From positions 310,001 to 374,000 of the forward strand of contig CM052823.1 in assembly GCA_028534125.1 (NCBI GenBank): a stretch of 64,000 nt of DNA. The letters run 5' to 3'. A program made the translations under genes and the position numbers. This stretch comes from Lama glama. Taxonomy: Eukaryota. Positions 44,578 through 58,820 of this stretch are shown piece after piece (positions within the stretch are counted from its first letter, which is position 1; the number at the start of each line of letters is the position of its first letter). The notes beneath the pieces were generated by a model, which saw only the letters and a list, made by a program, of their open reading frames with translations, did not search any database and was not told the origin of the DNA.

Positions 44578-44620
44578 CGCCTGCCGCGCCTGCCGCGCCT
44601 TCCGCGCCTTCCGCGGCCTT
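44578..44620 (+). repeat. 9-mer tandem repeat (GCCTKCCGC)x4 at the start of NUDT14 intron 1
   Basis: GCCTGCCGC GCCTGCCGC GCCTTCCGC GCCTTCCGC. Confidence 0.8.
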
Positions 44621-47600
44621 CACCCGGCTCGGGAGCCCCGCCCCCGGCCCGGGCCCCGGAGCTTCGTCCCGGACTCCGGAGACCCGCCCACCCGCCCCTC
44701 GGCCCGTCCCTCGGCCCGCCCACTGCCTTGTGGTCCCGCCCCGCGGGGCCCCGCCTCCCCTCTGAGCGCTCTGCGGGTGGGGCCAGGTTGGAAAACCTGT
44801 GGAACGCCCGAGTCGGGGAGGGTCCGGGAAGGGACCTCTCCGGGAGAAGGGAGACCGCTCATTCTCCCAAGGAGGTTTTACTGGACCTTGGCCCTTTTTG
44901 CGATGGGACGAATTGGGCGGCCCCGAGATCAGGGAAAGCTCCCTGGAGGTGGTGGTCTCCATTCTGGGCAGCGGAAGAAGGAGAGTGGAGGGAGGAGGCT
45001 GGAGAGAGAGCCGCTGAGCACTGCAGAGCCTCTCTAGGTGGGCTTCCTCCCGAGGGTACCTCCTACTGGCAGGCTGGCTCCCAGGGCGTCACCTCCTCCT
45101 GCCCGTCGCTGGGAGGTGCGTGCATATAGCAGGCTAACAGGGAACAGTTGTTGGTGAAGAAGCGGCTCTTCCACTTCGGGCCCAGACCTTCTACTAGCGG
45201 CTCCACCTGCCCCCGCGCGTGGTGTCCTGCTGGAGTTCCTCCGCGCCATCCAGGAGGAGACTGCTCCCGCCACGCCTGATGCGCCCCTCCATGCCCCCGC
45301 AGTCAGTACAGGTGGTCCAGGACTTTGGTTCCCTTGGGCTGCGGCATCCCGTTTCCCCTTCCTCCCTAGACCCCTTCCTCTCGCCAATGCATGGAGCCCT
45401 CTTGGCCTCCAGTCTGAGGGAAGCTGAACCCCCACTCTCCTTGTTGCTGTACCCCTGTTGGCTCCAGGGGCCAGGGAATTCCTGTCCCCGGCGTGGACCC
45501 AAGTTGGCAGCGCTGGCCTAGGGCAGAAGCCAGGGTCAGCTGAGGGGCAGAGTGTAGGGACGTGGAGGTCGCTGCCCTTGCCCTGGTGCTGGCCTGGGGC
45601 GGGGATGCCCGCATTGGTTGCATATCCTCCAGGCGCTGGGCCTCTGGGGCAGCAGGTGGGCACCCAGCGGTCCAGGTGTGTGGCTACTCTGGCCCTCGGC
45701 CGCGGCACTCTTCCCCACTCCCTGTGAGGTGCAGATGGGTCCTGGCACCCGAAGCTCTGCTCCTGCAGGCGGCGGGCTGTGGTGGGCACGGGCTGGAGGG
45801 CAGGCCAGCAATCCTTCGGGGCTGCGGGTCACTGGACAGGGCAGTGCATACCACCAAGGGCCATCTGCAGCTTTGGGCCGTTAGCAACCTGTGGCCAGGG
45901 GAGATAAGGTGGATGGACAGACAGACCGACAGTAGGCAGGATGCCCCTTTGGCTCTGAGGTCTGGGGTCTTGGGTCTGTTTTGCACTGCAGTCCTGTTCC
46001 TTCCTCCCAGGGCCCGGAGGATGAGCCAGGCCCGGGGCCTGACCAGCTGGGCGGGGGTCCTTTTGGAGGGGCTGTCTGGGCCTCAGTGGGCCTCTCTGGA
46101 CCTTCCCTTGTGCCCCGCCTTGGCTGGAGCTAAAGGTCTGACAGATGTTTTGATTGTGAGCTGAGAGGGTCTCTAAAACTCACACAGGGTGACATGCACC
46201 CTGAGGGAGACGGGGACACAGCAGGCACGTGACATACTGGGGGGTCAGGCTTCCCTGGAGCCTGTCCGGGTGGGAGGCTGGCCCTGGGGTGACCGGGTTG
46301 CAGGCAGGCCCAGGCCTGCCTCTCGAAGGTGGCGCTTCACAACAGCCTCCCAGGCAGCCCGGCCTGCACACCACAGGATGTTGGCTCCCCCTCCACCTTG
46401 GAAACCGAGGCTGCTGGCCATCCAGGATGCCTCTGTCTCCCGGCCAGGCTCAGACCAATTTTCCCAGCTTCCCTCAGACTAACATGTGGGCCTCTGGGTG
46501 TCAGGTTCCATTGCCTGGAATGCCTTTTCTTCTCTTCTGTGGGGCCCGGAGCAGTGTCACCTCCTCTAGGAAGTCCTCACAGAGTCTGTGCCTTAGTGTC
46601 CTCCCTTTTCTGCAGCCCTGGCTGCACTCTGTGTCTCAGGTTCTCAGGTCCACGCCCATTTCATGGCTTGAACGGGGCCCCACGTGTGGGCCAGGAGCTC
46701 GCCAGGGCCGCAGGGCTGACCCAGGGGCTGAGGGGCAGGTAGGCTGAGCATGCTGGCGATGGACAGTCAGAGGGCAGGGCTCCAGGGCCGTGCGGCCAGC
46801 CTCATCTTCAGAGACCCCTTGGGGAGGGGTCGGGACCAGGTGGAGTAGCCCGGAGAGTGGGAGCCCGCCTCCAACAGTGGTGTCCCGCTGGCAGGATTCT
46901 GACCCCTCCTACCCACTGCCTGCTGGAACATCCTTAGTGTCAGTCTGGCTGCCCCAATAGTCCCCGTCCAGGCCTCTGCCCCGCACTGCCTTTCATCCGA
47001 TGAATGCTGCCTGAAGCCCTGGGAGCCCAAGGCAACAGGGCGCCCAGCGTGGAGGAGCAGGATGTCAGGGGAAGTGACCCAACAGCAGGACCACAGGATG
47101 CAGCAGAGACAGCCCAAGACAGAAAGTGGGCTGGGGAAGGGGTTACCCCACTGTCCAGTTGGCATCACTGAGTCACCGGGTCCCGCGGTGTGGTCTCCCC
47201 GGCTCAGGCGCGCCCTTCTCCAGCTGCTCCTGGAGCTGGTGCCCTCTGGGGAGGCCTGCCCGCCCGTCCTGCCCTCCCCTCTCCCTTTGTCCAGTGGCCC
47301 AGGGGAGCTTCAGCAGTGAAAACCTGATGTTTGCTTTACTTGCTTGGGACCCCCTGCCCTGACTGTGAGGATGAGTCGTGCCCACCCTACCCCCGTACCC
47401 CCAGGGTCCTTCCCACACTTGGTGACGGTGTACATTTCTTTGCATCTCCCGGTGCTCACCCTGTGCTGGGTGGTGGCTCGTTGCTGTGCCTGGGACACCT
47501 TCCCACCCTTTGCCCTGGTTTTCTGCCTCCCTCTTGAGAGCATCAGGCTGTCCTTGACCTCCCTGGCCAGCCTGGGCGCCCCCCTCCCCTCACCTGCTGC

Positions 47601-47753
47601 AGCTCCTGGCTTCTGACGGCCCCAGGCCCTGACTGGGTCTCCCCGGGAGGAGCCGGTGTGGCAGAGCTGAGTGGCATTTTCAGCTCCCTGGGGCACCTCC
47701 GCCTGTGCTGGCAGCCCTTCAGCCCACCCTGACCACTGCCTTGCCTCTTTCAG

Positions 47754-47797
47754 AATGGCACCCAGAAGTCATGGGACTTCATGAAGACCCACGACAG
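47754..47797 (+). CDS. NUDT14: NUDT14 exon 2
   Basis: NGTQKSWDFMKTHD(S); 44 nt, AG/GT flanks. Confidence 0.96.
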
Positions 47798-48407
47798 GTG
47801 AGGGCCCAGCCTGGCTGGCCCCTGGGGAGACTGGGGCCCAGGGGCACAGAGCCCCACCTTGCACCTGCATTCTGAGTGTCCCCACTCCCTGTCCTCTCAC
47901 TGAGGGGTCTGCCCAAGGCCTGGAGACTGGGCTAGGTCCCAGCCCAGGCCTCCTGGACCATGATGGTGGGCAGGCCCTCTTGGAACTTAGGCCATCCAGG
48001 TGCCTGTGACCCCGAGCATCGAGAGTGTGGCCAGATGGCAACGTGGATTCAGGAGTGTGGCTGGCAGCCTCTGGCCAACAAGGGCCACATGTCCCATCAG
48101 TCACCTATCCTCAGCTGCTGCCACCCCCGGCCTGCCCAGCTGCCCGACATGTCCTCCACCCTCCCCAACCCCATCCTACCAGCTGGAGTACAGTCGGCCT
48201 GGGTCCTAGTCTGACTGTGTAACCCTTATGCCCTCTGACCTCACTGGGGCCTCAGTCTCCCCATCTGAGCAAGGGGCCCAACATTCCTGGGCTGTTGAGG
48301 AGAGGAAGTGGGCTAGGCGGACCGGGCCCAGGAGGCCGGCAGCCGGGGCCCCCAGGGAGGTGAGGTGATGGGTTGCTTCTGTGCTGAGCTCAGCCCTCAC
48401 TTCGCAG

Positions 48408-48472
48408 TGTAACCATTCTCATGTTCAACTCTTCTCGGAGGAGCCTGGTGTTGGTGAAACAGTTCCGACCAG
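48408..48472 (+). CDS. NUDT14: NUDT14 exon 3
   Basis: VTILMFNSSRRSLVLVKQFRP(A); 65 nt. Confidence 0.96.
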
Positions 48473-48625
48473 GTGAGGCGGCCAGAGTGAGGTGTGGGGG
48501 AAGGGACACCTGCAGAGTCACCTTCAGGCCCCTGTGGTCCTCGGGTCAGAATGCAGATGCAGGGGGAGAGCTCTAGAGGAAACTGGGGCCTGGCCAGGGG
48601 GTCTGGCCCAGAGTGGGTCACCTAG

Positions 48626-48913
<288 letters not shown>

Positions 48914-51199
48914 TGAGTGGGGCTGGGCATCCTGCCGTCTGTGCAGCCCAGGGTGATGGGGCAGGCTTCCTGGGAGGGAGTGAGCACCCCATCCCCAGGG
49001 ATGTGCAAGCAGGGTGATTCCTCCTTGTTGTTCAGTGTGGGGCTGGGAGAGGGTTGGATGCACTTCAGATTGTGATGCAGGCCGGAACCTGGGGCTCTCG
49101 GGGCACTTTTGCAGCATGCCCGGCCCCATGCCCCCACCTAGCCGCGTGGGGCTGGGTCCTGGTGGCAGCTGCTGCTAACAGATGCCTCTGCTTCCTGTGG
49201 GATTAAGCACCGGGCGCTGGGGGTGGGGTGAGTCACAGATCTGCTCTAAAGGTGGCTCAGGGTTGGGGCTGGGGGCTCCGGCACTCCCGGGGATGGGGGA
49301 CGAGTGTGGCCTGAAGCCTGGACTTCAGGGCCTGCCCCCACCAAGCCCAGGTGCCCAACTGCCACTCACTCTCCCCACGAGGCTCGCAGCTGGGGCCGTC
49401 TTCCCAGGACAGGGTGTTGGGGTGAAGTCCCCCTTGCCCTTGGGATGCTGCAGTGGGTCCCCAACCCCAGTGAAATCCAGCAGGACCAGGGTCTCGCAGG
49501 GTCTCACAGTGTCCCCCCAACACTGAGCACCAGCTCCTGGCCGCCTTCTCCAGAGACAGAGGGGGCCTTGGAGAGTCTGCCTTCTCTCGGTGCAGCACAG
49601 GGGCCACTCAGTGCTGGGCCTGGGGCTCCCTGCCTCAGCAATGCCCAGGCCTTTTCCAGGTGTCCTCAGCCTCGGGGTGGGTTTCAGTCCTGGGAAGGAG
49701 GTGGGCCAGGGTCTGGGGCCTCTATATCACATGTGGCATTTCCACACCAAAGGGCCAGACATCATGATGCGAGGGCCCTCAGTTATCTGCAGGCGTCCTT
49801 TGTGTGGCCAGCTAGTGGCCGCTTGGCCCCTGAGCCTTCTGGCTTGAGGTGCAGGGGGCAGGAAGAATCCATGGGGTTTGACCTGGGGCAGGGGGTGAGC
49901 TAGTGGGCAGGCAAGGAGGAAGGCAGGTGGAGGGTTGGGTCCCCCCGAGGTGAGTCCTGGCAGAAGGGCTGCCTGCCAAAGACTCGGGGGTGACGGGACG
50001 AGCAGCCCCGGCTGCAGTGGTTCCACAAGCAGGGCCTCGGGGCTACAGCCTGATCCTGAGGGCACTGGGGAGCCAAGGAAGGTTCTAGACAGGGAACAGC
50101 GGCTCAGACTGCGTTTTAGAGGTGAGGGCGCTGTGGGGAAGCTGGAGTGGAGGTCAGGAAGCCTGACTCTCCCCGGGATCCTGACTGCGGGCTGGACCAG
50201 CAGCACTGCTCGTGCTGCCCTGTAGGAGAGCCCATCTCTTCCTTCAGTGGCCTCCGAGGTGAGCCAGGCCACTCATCTGCCAGTCCTAGGTGACAAGGCC
50301 CGGGTGCTGGTGTGAGGTCACCTCACAAAGGACGTGTCTGAATGAAGAGGGAGAGGCCTGGCTGGGCACGTTCTTCTCAGCGCCTGCCTCCTTCACAAGC
50401 CGGAGGAAACTAGGCCTGGAAACCCCACAGACTAGCCGCTTCCATCAAAGGCACAGGCTGTGGCCGCCGGCGGAAATGGGCCATCAGGAAGGGTCTGAGG
50501 GAGATTAAGGGGCTGGAGGGCAGAGGAAGCAGCTGGGTGAGGTCAGTCTGTGTGGGGGCCCCGCCTGCGGGTGGGGGGCTTGGGGGGAGGGGGATGGAAG
50601 CCCCTTTGGTTCCACGCCTTGCCTGTGTGCTGGGCGCATCTCCAAGGGGGACTCCCACCCAGCAGGCTTCGGCTGGCCTCAGCCAAACTCCTGGGAACCC
50701 AGGGTCTCACTTACCCCTAGACATCCCCCCAGACACCCCCTGGTTCCTTTCCCTTCCTGGTCTGGAATCCATACTGGCCCCTCCGTCACCCTGCTCTCAC
50801 GGTGACAGTTGCCACGGCTGCCCACTCTTGCCTTCCACTGGTGCCAGTCTGGGCCACTGCCCTCTGCCTGGTGTCTGTCCCCTCCTGGTGGCCAGCAGCC
50901 CCCTCCTGGCCACCACCCACTGAGGGAGGGGACTCCTTTATACCCTTGTCCAGCCTAAGAACCATGGGCCTCGTCCTGAGGGCCTCACCCCAATCCTGCC
51001 CCCCACCTCCATGAGCCCCAGCCCCTCGCCCAGCCTGGTAGTGATGTCCTGCAGGTGTCAGTGGGGGGAGGTCTCACAGGCCCAGGCCACGTGGGCTTCC
51101 TGCCGGTCTGGAGCCCTGGGTGTCAGTCTGGGCCCACTGTGAGGAGAGGCCCTGGCTGAGGTCCCAGAGCGAGCCAAGGGGCAGGGCCTGAGCGAGCGT

Positions 51200-51870
51200 C
51201 TGTGCTGCAGACTAGCCCGTCAGAGAAGTCACGGCTTTCAGCAGCCTGTGTTTACAGCCTCACGGTGGGTGCGGGGCGGCAGTCCACTGGCTGGGGCCCT
51301 GGGTCCCCCCACCGCTCAGCGTCTCACTGCGCTGCGGTCAGGCATCGGCTGGGCCTGAGGTCTAGCCTGGGGCTCAGGGCCACCCTCCTAGCTCATGCAG
51401 TTGTGGCAGAATCCAGCTCCTCGTGGCTGTGTGACTGAGGGCCCCATTTCTGGCTGGCTGTTAGCCAGGGACCATGGTCAGCTCCCAGAGGCCGCCCCAG
51501 GCCCTGGCCACGTGGCCCTTCCACTGCACGGTGGCTGCTTTATCTTCAGAATAGCAGGATAGCATCTGTCTCTGTCTGATTTTTTCCATTTCTGACCTCC
51601 AAACCTTCAAAGAAGAGCTCACCTGATTAGGCCAGGCCCATCCAGGATCCTCTCCCTTTTGACGAACTTGAAGTCACCTGATTAGGGCCCTTAACTACAT
51701 CTGCAGGATTTCCCACCTTCATCACCTGACCTCTCCTGATCATGTTGGGAACCTAATCATGTTGGGAAGTCATATCCAACACATTACCAGATTTCCCCCA
51801 CACTCCAGGGGAGGGGATTACCTGGGGTGGGTACACTGGGGTGGGGGTCAGAGAGGGCAGTGGGGGTGTG
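51200..51870 (-). mobile_element. MLT1-type LTR in NUDT14 intron 4
   Basis: GTTGTGGCAGAATCCAGCTCCTCGTGGCTGT...CTCACCTGATTAGGCCAGGCCCATCCAGGAT...CCTTAACTACATCTGCA. Confidence 0.78.
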
Positions 51871-51966
51871 TCCTGAAGGGGTGGGATGGGAAGGGCTGTG
51901 GGAGGGGCAGGGGTGGCCGGCAGGGCCTGTGTGGATGCCTTCAGCTGATGCTGTCTCCTTCCGTAG

Positions 51967-52207
51967 GTCTGGCGTGGGACTGACCGGCTCCAGCCAGACC
52001 ATGTTCTATGCAGAGGTGACAGATGCCCAGCAGGGTGGCCCGGGCGGGGGCCTGGCCGAGGAGGGTGAGCTCATTGAGGTTGTGCACCTGCCCCTGGACG
52101 GCGCCCGGGCCTTTGCGGACAACCCAGATGTTCCCAAGACCCTTGGTGTCATCTTTGGTATCTCGTGGTTTCTTAGCTGCGTGGCCCCTGGCCTGGGTCC
52201 CCAGTGA
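51967..52207 (+). CDS. NUDT14: NUDT14 exon 5 (terminal)
   Basis: [21 protein letters not shown]...[13 protein letters not shown]...[16 protein letters not shown]. Spliced CDS is 669 nt = 222 aa + stop. Confidence 0.97.
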
Positions 52208-52258
52208 GCCTCTAAGGGGTCTGCATGGGGCTGGTCTGGCCACCTGCCCTGCTGACCC

Positions 52259-52264
52259 AATAAA
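52259..52264 (+). terminator. NUDT14: NUDT14 polyadenylation signal
   Basis: AATAAA ~50 nt after the stop. Confidence 0.85.
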
Positions 52265-54879
52265 GGCTGGTGTAGCTCTAGCCTGTGTTCTCTGACCTCG
52301 CGTGGTGGCCGGGGCAGGCTGGGAGGCAGGGATGGTAGGGTCTCCGTGAGAACCCCCAGCTCCACCAGAGCAGAAGCCTGGGCTGCGGGCCACGCAGGGA
52401 GCTATTGCGGCTGGCAGAGTGTCGCCTCTGGGGGCAGGAGAGGTTGGGGACTCACTCAGGCCCAGTGCTCAGGGCCCATTGGGCACTGGGCCACGGACAG
52501 AGCTATGGCCACGGTAGTGGCGGCTGAGCTAGCCGTGTCAGGAGCAGGTGCAGACCGCACCACAGGGTGTGTGCTCCTCGCTTCTGGGCAGAGGAGGGGT
52601 CCCCACCCTGACCAGGGCTGGGCCAGCACCCTTAGTAGCCCCTGTGCCCCCGAGTGTTGGTGTTGGGGTGTCACCCCGCCCACTGGACTTCATGCGGTGT
52701 AGCCCTGCACACTGTCCTGTCATGGGGGTCAGGGACTGCGTGAGCTGCCCTCCATGACCCTTGAGCATCTGGGGTCACAGGAGGGCTGAGTGCCGACTCA
52801 GCCAGGCACCCAGTAAGATCTCTCCATCCAGCGGGTGGGCTGGAGCCCACTGTGAGGAGTATGTGCTGGTCACCATGGCTGTGGGCACTTGTGGGTGCTG
52901 CTGGGCCATCCATTAGGGATGGGGGCCTAGCCTGAGGGCCAGTGAGGCTTCCTAGAGGGTAGGCCGGCCTGATGCTTTTTGAGGGTGGTGACCTGGCCTG
53001 GCCCCTCCCCAGAGCCCTCCAAATCCTCCAGTCGGCCCCTTGGGTGATGCCCTCAGGGATGAGATGGGGGCAGCCTGGGTCATGACCCACTGTTCCTGGG
53101 GAGGGCAAGGTGTCCAGGAGATGCTGCCCTGAGAGCAGGTGGGGACACCTCACCAGAACTGAGGTCCCCTTGCCCCACCCCAGGCAGGCAGGTGTTTGCT
53201 TTCCTTCCTGCTGGCCAAGGAATGCTTGTGGCTGAGCCCAGTGGGGAGGGGCACGGTGCCCACAGCCCCTGAGCCTGGCCTTTGAGGCTGCCCAAGGCAG
53301 CTGTGCCCAGGGGGCCCATTTGAGCAGCACCACCTGTATGCAAATGCCGGCTGTGACCCAGGTGCGGCCACCCAGGTAGGGCCTCCTGGGAGCCCAGCCA
53401 GGTGAGTGACTGCTGTGTGGGGGATGTGTCCAAGGGCCGCAGGGCTGGCGGGCTGCTGTGGGGTCCTGAGCAACCCAGCTCCGGCCTGTCCAGAGGAGGC
53501 CTAGTGGGCTGCCCTGGGCCCTGGGCCATCTGGAGAATTCCCAGGACAGGGGCTCTGCCCTGCCTAGAGCTGCCCCCCTGCCTCCCTCTTGCAGCCTGCC
53601 TGATGCCCACATCCTGAGCTCCCCTGGCCTCCTAGGCTGGCCTGCAGGCACTGCCCGCTGCCTCAGAGGGGCCTCTGGTGGGTACTGCGTGGGGCTGAGG
53701 TCTGCTCTGGGGAGCAAGGCAGGGCAGGAGGCAGGGGACAGAGCCCTTGGACTTGGGTGCAGTCCAGCCCCTCACTCGGCTCTGCAGCCTGATGGGCAGG
53801 TCAGCAGGCACCACCGCTAGGCCTAATGGAACTGGCATCAATTTCCCGGCATTGGAGGGGGGGCTGTAACCGGAAACTCCCCTCCCTAGCCACTATATTT
53901 AGCACCGCAGCACACGGGCGGAAGCGCAGCTCACTCCTGAGCCCAGCTGGCTCTGTCCAAACACCGGGCCGCCTGCACCCCAGCCTGGTCCCGAAGCCCC
54001 TGGCGGGGCTAAGCAGCCCCACCTTGCCTGTGCCTTGTCCAGCCTGAGTTCAGCACCTGCCCCAGAACGTGCCGGGAGAGCCCCCGCTGCTGGGGGGCTG
54101 GGAGAGGGAGCCCTCAGGCTGGGGGCGGGCGAAGCCGGGAGACTGAGGGGCGGTGTGGCCCAGTGGGCCCCAGAACAATGATGATGGTCCTTCTGGAAGA
54201 GGCAGCCTGGTCCAGCAAGGGTGGAGGCAAGAGCCCTGGCTGCCACCGGATCTCCAGCCCTCTGGCCCAAGGGCTACAGAAATCTCTGCAGGAGGGGACC
54301 CCAGGAGGGAGGACCCCCTTCTCCCAGCAGCCCCGGCGCCTGTCCCTTCCCTCAAGCGGCCAGCTTCCTGACTTGACCCTCTTCTGGGTCCATTCGGTCC
54401 CAGCTGTGGCTCCTAAGAGGTGGGAGGGGTAAGGGGACCATGAACAGGAGGGGGTACCTGTGCACTGCAGGGCGGCACCTAGGCAGGGATGCAGGGAGCC
54501 TGTCCTCCTCCCCGAAGGGCCTGATTGGAGGCACAAGGGGCCAAGCCAAAGCAGGGCTGCTTAGCGGGAAGGGCCCCAGGCTGCATCCTCTGGCAGGTTG
54601 AGCTGGCATCTTGAGGTGGGGTGACCGTCTCTCCCTGGTGCCTTCATGCCGAGACAGCTCTGAGCAGGGAAAGAGCCTTGGCTGAAATGCAGTAGCTTCT
54701 AGAGCCGGCGGCACAGCGAGCCCAGCGTCTGCCACGCCGCCTGCGAGCTAGTCCAGGCCGCCCCCCCCCACAGCTGGCCACGAGCAGGAAGCCTCGGAGG
54801 TGGACAAGGGAGGGGCACATGGGGGCCTGTTAACCGGAAGCTGCCTCTTACTCGTGCTGGAATTCCCCCCTCCTCAGCC

Positions 54880-55350
54880 TTCACCATGGCCAGGCCCTGG
54901 CCCGGCCACTGGCCCCTCTCATTCATATGATGGCGGTGGCTGCCTATGGCCACCCTGTCCCGACCTTGCCCCTGCTGCCCCTCCCCCTGCAGCCAGTGAT
55001 CTTTGTGACAATGGAAGTCACCAACGCACAGCCCAACCCAGCTCAGCTGCTTTCTGTAACTTCCCGGCAGTCTTAGTAGGAAGACTTTAGTCAGGCAGGC
55101 CCAGTGCAGCAGCACTGACCACCACCTCCAGCCTCACCTAAGCCCCTCACCCTCTCTGCCTTGGCCACCTGTCCTTCCCACAGGCCCTCGCTGGGGTCAG
55201 GCTCCCTCAGCCCCAGTGCCTTTGCATGTGCTGTTCCCAGCTCGCCACCTGGCTGACTCTGGCCTGCCCCCTGGGTCTTAGCAGACCTCCTCCCGGGTTT
55301 GCCTCCGCATGCCTCACTCACTCTTAGTTTGTCATTCTGCCTTACTTGTC
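54880..55350 (+). mobile_element. LINE-2 remnant
   Basis: GCAGCCAGTGATCTTT...GCCTTTGCATGTGCTGTTCCC are L2 3' phrases. Confidence 0.5.
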
Positions 55351-57448
55351 TAGGTTCCCTGCCCACTCTGGACCGGGAACCCCTGAGGGTGTGTCTGCCT
55401 TGCTTACCGCTTGACTGAGTGTGGGAGAGGTGCCCAGGGCCTCCTTGGATTGTGGGGCAGTGGGCATGGGTGGGGATGGAGCCCTGGACCCCCGGAACGG
55501 GGCGGGGGACTCCTCTTCCTTCTTGGAGTCTCCTGTACTCCCTGAGCCGGAGCAAAGAGGAGGAGGCCTACCCTCAGTGAAGTCCCCTGCCTCCACAGGC
55601 AGTACCTGCTGCCCACCCACAGAAAGAATGCAACTGGGAGGCTCTGAACACAGCTCGGGTTCCCTTATTTGGTGGTGGTGGGGTCACTGTGTGGTGGTGC
55701 CTGGCTTGTGTCCTGCCCCTCTCCCAGCCTAGGGAGGGGCTCAGGTAGGGATAGGCGCTTGGAGTAGGCAGAGCCAGGCCCATCCCTTTAGGGGTCCCGC
55801 AATTGCTCCTGAGGCCTGGACACTGGGGTGGAGCAGTGAAGCCAGGACATTGGGCCCCCAGGCTGCTGCATGTACACATCTGAGAGAAAGGGCACTGCCT
55901 GTGCTTCTGAGTTCCTTCTGCCATGCCCCCAGCCCCTGAACCTGGCCTTCTTCAAAGCTCACTTCTTCCAGGAAGTCTTCCATCCACACACCACCCCCAA
56001 CCCAATTCTAGCAGTGACTAACTGGGGGCTGGGGACTGTACTCCCCATATCCAGCCCAGGGCCGCAGGCAGATTTGCCTCTGGAGCCCGGGTGGGGAATG
56101 AAGACAGCCAGTTGCTGTGGGGGTTCGGCTGGAAGACCCTTTTGGACCATATCTGAATCTCTCACTGCCAAGGTGACCCCAGCCTTGGAAGGAATCCTGA
56201 TTGGCGCAGGGGAGGTGATGTTTGGAGACAAGGAGCCTTGGTATTGACTCCTTGGTGGCGAGGCGAAGTGGTCAGTCCAGCAGAGGGCAACAAGGTGATG
56301 ACAGAGGGTGGGACACAGGGGTGGGGATGGGGACCAGGACGGCGGCAGGAGCCTCTTGGGTGGCCCTCACTTTGTCTTTATGGGCGTACACCACCGTTCT
56401 TTATTCACATCCCTAACCTTGCCCCCGCCCAGGCCCCGACCCTCGTCCTAGACGTTCCTGGAAAGTATGGCCTGGCGATCTCCGCACCAGCGCAGAGCTG
56501 GGCACACAGCCTGCGCGGAAGAGCATTTGTTCCCTGGCTTCGCGACCCACGGGTCTTGAGGCGGGGAGAGCAGGGGCTTCGGAGGGGAGCAGCGCCCTCT
56601 GCGGCCGGAGTGGAGGCGGTAGGAACAGCGCGAAGGGGGTTATTCCCGGGGGAAATGGGAGCGCAGTAAGGCTGGGCGGGCTCGGGTCCCAGGCCGCGCC
56701 CGACCCGCACAGGGACGAGCCTTGATTCGTGCGAGGCCGCATCTCCTCTGGGATCGTAAGGAGCGCGGCGGCGGCGGCGCACTGATGGGAGGGGACCACG
56801 GCGGTGACCTCAGGGGGCGCCCCACCCCCTGGCTCCTGACACCCGGCGGGGCTCGGGCGAGGGGAGGCCGCTTTGCAGCGCCAGGCCCCACTCTCCTGGT
56901 TCCTCTGAGGCGTTAGCGGAGCCCCTGCGGCCCCACCACTCAGGAACCCAGGGAAGCGCGCGCCGGGCCGGGGCGCTGGCAGGAGGTGCCCTCCGCCGCC
57001 TTTAAATCCCTGGCGCCCCCGGCCCCCCCAGCCCCACCCCGCGGCGCGGCCCCGCCCCCTCATGCATATGCAGGTGCGCGGGTGACGAATGGGCGAGCGA
57101 GCTGTCAGTCTAGCCCCGAACTTGTTGGCTGCGGGCGCCGGGAGCGCGGGCGCGCAGAGCCAAGGCCGGGACCAGCCACCGCCGCCGCCGCCGTCGCCGC
57201 CGCCGCCGGGAAGGATCCGGGTCGGGCCGGAGGGCGGCTGCCTGCGAGGCCGAGCGCCGCCGCCCCTGCGCGCCCGCCGCCAGGGCCCGCGCGGCGCCGC
57301 CTCGACCCCGCCCGCCGCCGCCGCCGCCTCTGCCGCTGCCGCTGCCGCCGGCGCTCGGAGGGCGGGCAGGCGGGCGCTGGGAGGCCGGAGCCAGGCGCGC
57401 AGGGGCGGCGGCGGCGGCGGCGGGTCGGCGGGCGGGGTCGAGGCGGCG

Positions 57449-57514
57449 ATGCCGGCGCGGGGCCGGGGGCGCCTGCCCCGGCGGCTGCTGCTGCTGCTGG
57501 CGCTCTGCGTGCAG
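57449..57514 (+). CDS. JAG2: JAG2 exon 1 (signal peptide)
   Basis: MPARGRGRLPRRLLLLLALCVQ|gtgagc; hydrophobic signal peptide; 66 nt. Confidence 0.94.
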
Positions 57515-57695
57515 GTGAGCGGGGGGCGCGGACGGGGCGCACCGGGCCGCCCCTCGGGGCCGACGGCACCGCCTGCGGGCGCCGCCGTTCGGAAGCCCTC
57601 GAGGCTGCGCGCACCGCGGCGGTGTGGGGGCGGGGCGCCCCGGCTCGCGACCCCGGCCCGCGCCTCCCTGCGCTTTCTCTCTGCCTTATTTTTAG

Positions 57696-58820
<1,125 letters not shown>

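Larger units (their letters stand above)
43880..44940. promoter_or_regulatory. NUDT14 CpG island promoter
   Basis: CpG-rich region over exon 1; CCAAT at 44031-44035; GC box near 44370. Confidence 0.85.

Noticed and set aside
52671-53717. Long ORFs of 300-430 aa here and at 18038-19469, 25171-26238 (+), 56413-57702 and 57713-59052
   Set aside because: Pro/Gly/Arg/Ala-rich stop-poor frames typical of very high GC DNA, or overlapping known exons in other frames; no domain signal.
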